Source: Camelus ferus (lineage: Eukaryota). From it: a stretch of DNA of 64,000 bases. The position numbers and the translations under genes were made by a program. This document shows, piece after piece, positions 59,842 to 64,000 of this stretch (positions are counted from its first letter, which is position 1; each line of letters starts with the position of its first letter). The stretch lies in contig NC_045696.1 of assembly GCF_009834535.1 (NCBI RefSeq), forward strand, positions 58,902,001 to 58,966,000, given 5' to 3'. Below the pieces are notes generated by a model. The model searched no databases. It was not told where the DNA came from and saw only the letters and a program-made list of their open reading frames with translations.

Positions 59842-60058
59842 GTGTGTGCAAAAAAAAAAAGAAAGAAAAAAATTCACCCCCTCTCCCTCCCCTACTCTCC
59901 CTCCCTCATTCCCCTTCCAATCTCTCTCTCTTGGCTCAGCAGCCTTGGCCAGAGGATACAAACAATCTGGGGCTGCTGGGATGGGCCTGCTGGGACCAGG
60001 AGGAAGGTGGGTGGGTGGTGGCATGGAGCCTGGCCCAGCAACCCCAGGGGGCACTCAC

Positions 60059-60130
60059 CGAATGGGGGCTCTGGCCGGGCTGCTCTGCAGCATCAGTGCC
60101 ACCTGGCAACTGCATTCGCCAACCCGATTC
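60059..60130 (-). CDS. MYLK: MYLK exon (human exon 17 equivalent), long non-muscle isoform only
   Basis: 72 bp. Acceptor cttcag|GAATCG, donor TTCG|gtgagt. Translates (K)NRVGECSCQVALMLQSSPARAPI(R), in phase with the next exon. Confidence 0.95.
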
Positions 60131-63100
60131 CTGAAGAATGCAAGGGATCAATACAGATCAAGAGGCTCTCTGGGCCGGGGGCCTCTCAGCCTAGGGCTGT
60201 GGGCAGGCAGCCCGTGGCCACAGGCTGGTGGGCTGGCTCCAGGGGCCCTAACACGTCCACACCACACCTACATTTATGGCAGAGCCTGCCCCCACTGTGG
60301 TCACCCTTTATTTTTCCAGCTCTTGTTTAAAAAGGACAAAAAAATAATCTTTTGGACAACAGCTAAGGAAGGCCTTAGCAGTAGGAATGCTTTTCTGTGA
60401 GTATAGGACAAAAATAATACAACCAAACGGTCACTCACTCAAAGAAGAGTGAAGACAAACCCTGCTGGGGCTATGATGGAGCTGACTGGTCTAGACTGTG
60501 CAGCCCCAGGCAGCCTGCCCAGTGACCTTGAGTCTGACTCCACGCTCCCTTAATACAGAAGTGGGTCTTCCCTCTCCTCAGAAGGTCCCCCTAGCCACTA
60601 GGTCTCCTTCGCCTGCTCGTGAAATGAAAACACTTTCCAATCCCTACCCATCAGCCAATGCCTCCGATCAGAACTTTTTGTATTAAAAATCTAACAGGTG
60701 TCTCCTGACATGGGTGGCCCTTTCTCTGGGAGAAGAGCTCCAGCTTCTTCAGCCCACTGTGAAAACAATTCCATCTTCTCTGGTGTGCGACCAGCTGAGG
60801 GCCCCTATGCTCAGGAAAAGAAGCTGTATCATGCTCAGAACCCTGGTGGGCTTAGAGCGGACAAGCCCTCCAACCCCGCAAGGCTGCCATCTGCTGGCTT
60901 TTCTGGGCTCTGACCAGCCAAGAAGGTTCTGCTCAGTCTGGGGGAAGCAGTGGGGGCAGATCTGAGAGCCAAAGGAAATTCTGCCTGTTAATAACCATGT
61001 TTTTGGGAGCACCCCCAGCTTTCATGGCTCACATCCACTACCTTTCTTGTCCCCACAACAGCCTAGTGAGGTCCAGAGCACTGTTGTAAAGGGAAGGAAG
61101 GGAGACTCAGGAGTTTACGGGAGGCAGAGCGGGAATCTTGGGGTCGCCCGCTCATTCTCTGCACTTGGCCGTCTTACTGGCACTTCAGGGGCTGACATGT
61201 GCCCCAGACCCTCCCTCAGACATAACTCATTTCACTTAGTCTTATGGCAGCTCTGTGAGGTTGGGGGTCAGCATTGTATTCATAGGTAAGAAAAATGAGG
61301 CTTATAATGGTTAATTTGCTTGAACTCATAATGCTGGCCAGGCAGAAAGGGGCTGGGACCTGGGACCATATTAATCCAAGACCTATAACTTTCCCATCCT
61401 TCCCTACAGTGCTCATCAGTACAATCTATTCTAGGACACATGTGTGTTTGTGTGTGTCTACGTGTACATCAACCACACATATATGGGGTCTACCCAATGG
61501 AAGCCTGTGGGTCCATGTTTGGGAACACGTGCATGTGTATAAGCCATCCCCATGTGGACCAAGCTGATACTTGTGGGTACCCGCCTTGCTTTACCTGGCC
61601 TCCATCCCAGTGGAGGACCAGAACCAGCTCAGACACCAGCAGACCAAGGTGCGGCAAATGATTCTTGAAGGTCCCTGGTGTCATTATCCAGGCTCTAGGA
61701 CCTGCTTGATGTAAGGAGAGGTTGATCTTTTGTGCTCTCCTACCCTCCTCTCATCTGCTGGGGTCCTCTCCTAGCCACCTTCCTCAATGCTCAGGCTCTC
61801 AGGGGTGCAGATTCAAGGCTCAGAAAGCCTCATGTCTGGGGAGTTTGAGGGCCCAGCAGGCCCCTTTGCTCCACAAACTGCAGTTAGGTGCCCCCTCAGT
61901 GCCAGGACCTGGGAAGGCTGGGAGGGCCTCAGAGGCCTGAGAACTCGTCACAGGAGGCTAATAGAGCTTCAGTCCACTTGCAGAATAACCAAGGGAGGTC
62001 ACTCAGGAGTGAGGCCCAGCCCCCTGGCACTCTGCTCTTGCCACACTGCTGGCCAGTGTAAGCCACTCTGTTCCCGCTTTTCTTTCAAGCACAGGGTGTG
62101 GGGCCCAGGGTTGGTGTGGAGCAGGAAGACAGGATGTCCAAGGTCCGTGTTTTCTGGAGAGACACTGACCAGATGGACCTGCTTTACCCCAGCCAAGCCC
62201 CTCAGAGGCTCTCAGTGGTGGGGTGCCCTGACCCCTGCGCTGGAGTAAGCTCTATCTCCCCATGGGGGAAGCAGATGAGGGCTTCTATTGTTTTCTGTTG
62301 CCCGCCTTGAAGGAGGGTGCGGGTGGCCACCCTGAGCACCTGGGCAGTATGAGGGGCAGAAGGGAGGCAGGGAACTGGGGATATCATGGCTGGACCACTA
62401 AGTGGGTCATCCCTTGGCATGATCTGGGGGTCACTATTTCTGCAGCCACAAACTTAAACCTCTGCTGGACCTTTAGGGCAAATCATGTGTTCATTTGGAG
62501 CCTACAAAGTCAGAGACACCTGGAACCCACACCCCAGATAATCTAACCAGGTGAACAGCATCTTGGGCCATCTTTGGTGTCTGCACACATTCAAAGTCCA
62601 GCCTGTGGCTGAGAATGAGACCCCTACCCCCGTGCCCAGCCCAGGTGCTGCCACAGAGGACACGGGGCTATCACCCTATAAGTGGCACCTTTAACAAAGA
62701 ACAGAAGCCTTTGTGTTCCCTGCCTCCCAAGCCCTGAATAAGATGCCCACTCTTTGGCTATAAAGCCTTGGACTCTGTCCCACTGTGAATTACCCACCCC
62801 TGGAATGGATTTTATATGCAAAATTAGTTTAAAGAGCTAATTTCCTGGCAAATATCAATTTTTCAAATATTTCAGCTGGAATCTGGAGCTGATTTTTTGA
62901 CATTTCCCCTTTTAGTTCAGGAGACAAGAGCTCGGGAAGGGAAGGGGAGGTAGAAACCACCCACCTGTACAAACCCCCCACCTTCAGCAGGAACAGGTAG
63001 CACCTGTCCTACCCCAACCTCACCCCACTTCCTCCTTGAAAGGTGTTCTGTCCCTAGTCTAGGTCTGATTTCTGTCTAGGTCTGGATCTGAGAAAAGCTG

Positions 63101-63344
63101 GGGGGGAGAGGGGTCCCTGGCAGGCCTGGTGCACTCCCCAGGGCAACTTTCCACGGACTTGCTCCTTCTCACTGGGGACAAAGCCAAGGCCAGGGCAGCA
63201 GCCTCCCAAAGGAACAAAGAAGCTGGACTCTAGGGAGGGAAAAGGGGCAAGGGCTGCATGCAAGGGGACTCTAGTGTGATGTCCCAGGTTCCCCAAGTTC
63301 CCAGTGTACTTGGGAGAAACGAGGAACAGAGGAGCATCTGATTT

Positions 63345-63500
63345 AAAGACAGAGCTGAGGATTCCAGTCTGAGCTCTACTATTCACCTCTGGGTGGCTGT
63401 GAACAAGCCTGTGACCCTGAGGCCTCAGCTTCTCCCATTATTAATAGAGAAGGCAGCCAGATAACTTCTGAAGTCCCTTCCAGCTAGGACAGTCTAAGTT
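63345..63500 (+). mobile_element. MIR-family fragment (approximate ends)
   Basis: gagctgaggattccagtctgagctctactattcacctctgggtggctgtgaacaagcc...ggcctcagcttctcccatt. Confidence 0.55.
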
Positions 63501-64000
63501 TTATGACTGTCCCCAGCTGGGCCCAGACAGTCTGCCTGCCGACCTCCCAGTGCAATCCTCCACTCTGGCCTGGCAGACTTCCCACAGCCTTGCTTTGCTC
63601 TTTCCTACCCTCCTGTACTCAGTCTATCCAGCAAGACTTTATACCCTTACCTCAAAATCCCAACAAAAAGCTCATCTCTTCTAGGAGATGTGATGTATTA
63701 TCTTGAAGCACTGCTCCTTCCATAAAGACAAGATCTATTTTAACATATAATCAGTTTCCATCATTTGCACTGGCCTAGAGGAAGAAGAGTCTATCTTCTT
63801 TTGGAGGCAGATTTTGGAGGCAGATTAGCCTTTCTGATTATAACTGGTTCAGGCACAAGGCAAAGGCTCTTGGTGTGTTTTGAGCATACCACTGAAGGTG
63901 GTAGGGTGACCAGCTGGCCCACGACCATCTCATCAGCTGACCACAGACACGTCATTATCTCAGCTAAAGTTTTCTGAGCCTTGCCTGGCTAAGTAGAATT

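Overview
Mammalian genomic DNA lying entirely inside the myosin light chain kinase gene MYLK, which runs on the minus strand. I mapped 12 coding exons by translation and GT/AG boundaries. They correspond to human exons 17-23 and 29-33 (numbering and human comparisons are from memory). The exons for the Fn3 domain and the first part of the kinase domain (human 24-28) are absent and most likely sit in the 100-N gap at 20323-20422. Two known internal promoters are visible: smooth-muscle MLCK in the 440-bp intron at 59619-60058, and telokin at about 3248-3282. Introns carry ordinary old repeats (MIR, L2, L1M, MER3, MER45A, MER81, MADE2, MLT1B) and two ERV1-type solo LTRs. The most notable items are a TSD-flanked ORF1-only 'half-L1'-like retroelement with a younger L1 end nested in it, an 18 x 36-bp coding repeat with 72-bp higher-order structure, a +1 frameshift in a kinase exon (probably an assembly error), extra intronic CArG boxes identical to the telokin CArG, and a uORF in the smMLCK leader. 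Repeat content suggests a non-ruminant artiodactyl, possibly a camelid (inference). I found no evidence for a wholly new biological system, RNA genes or CRISPR arrays.
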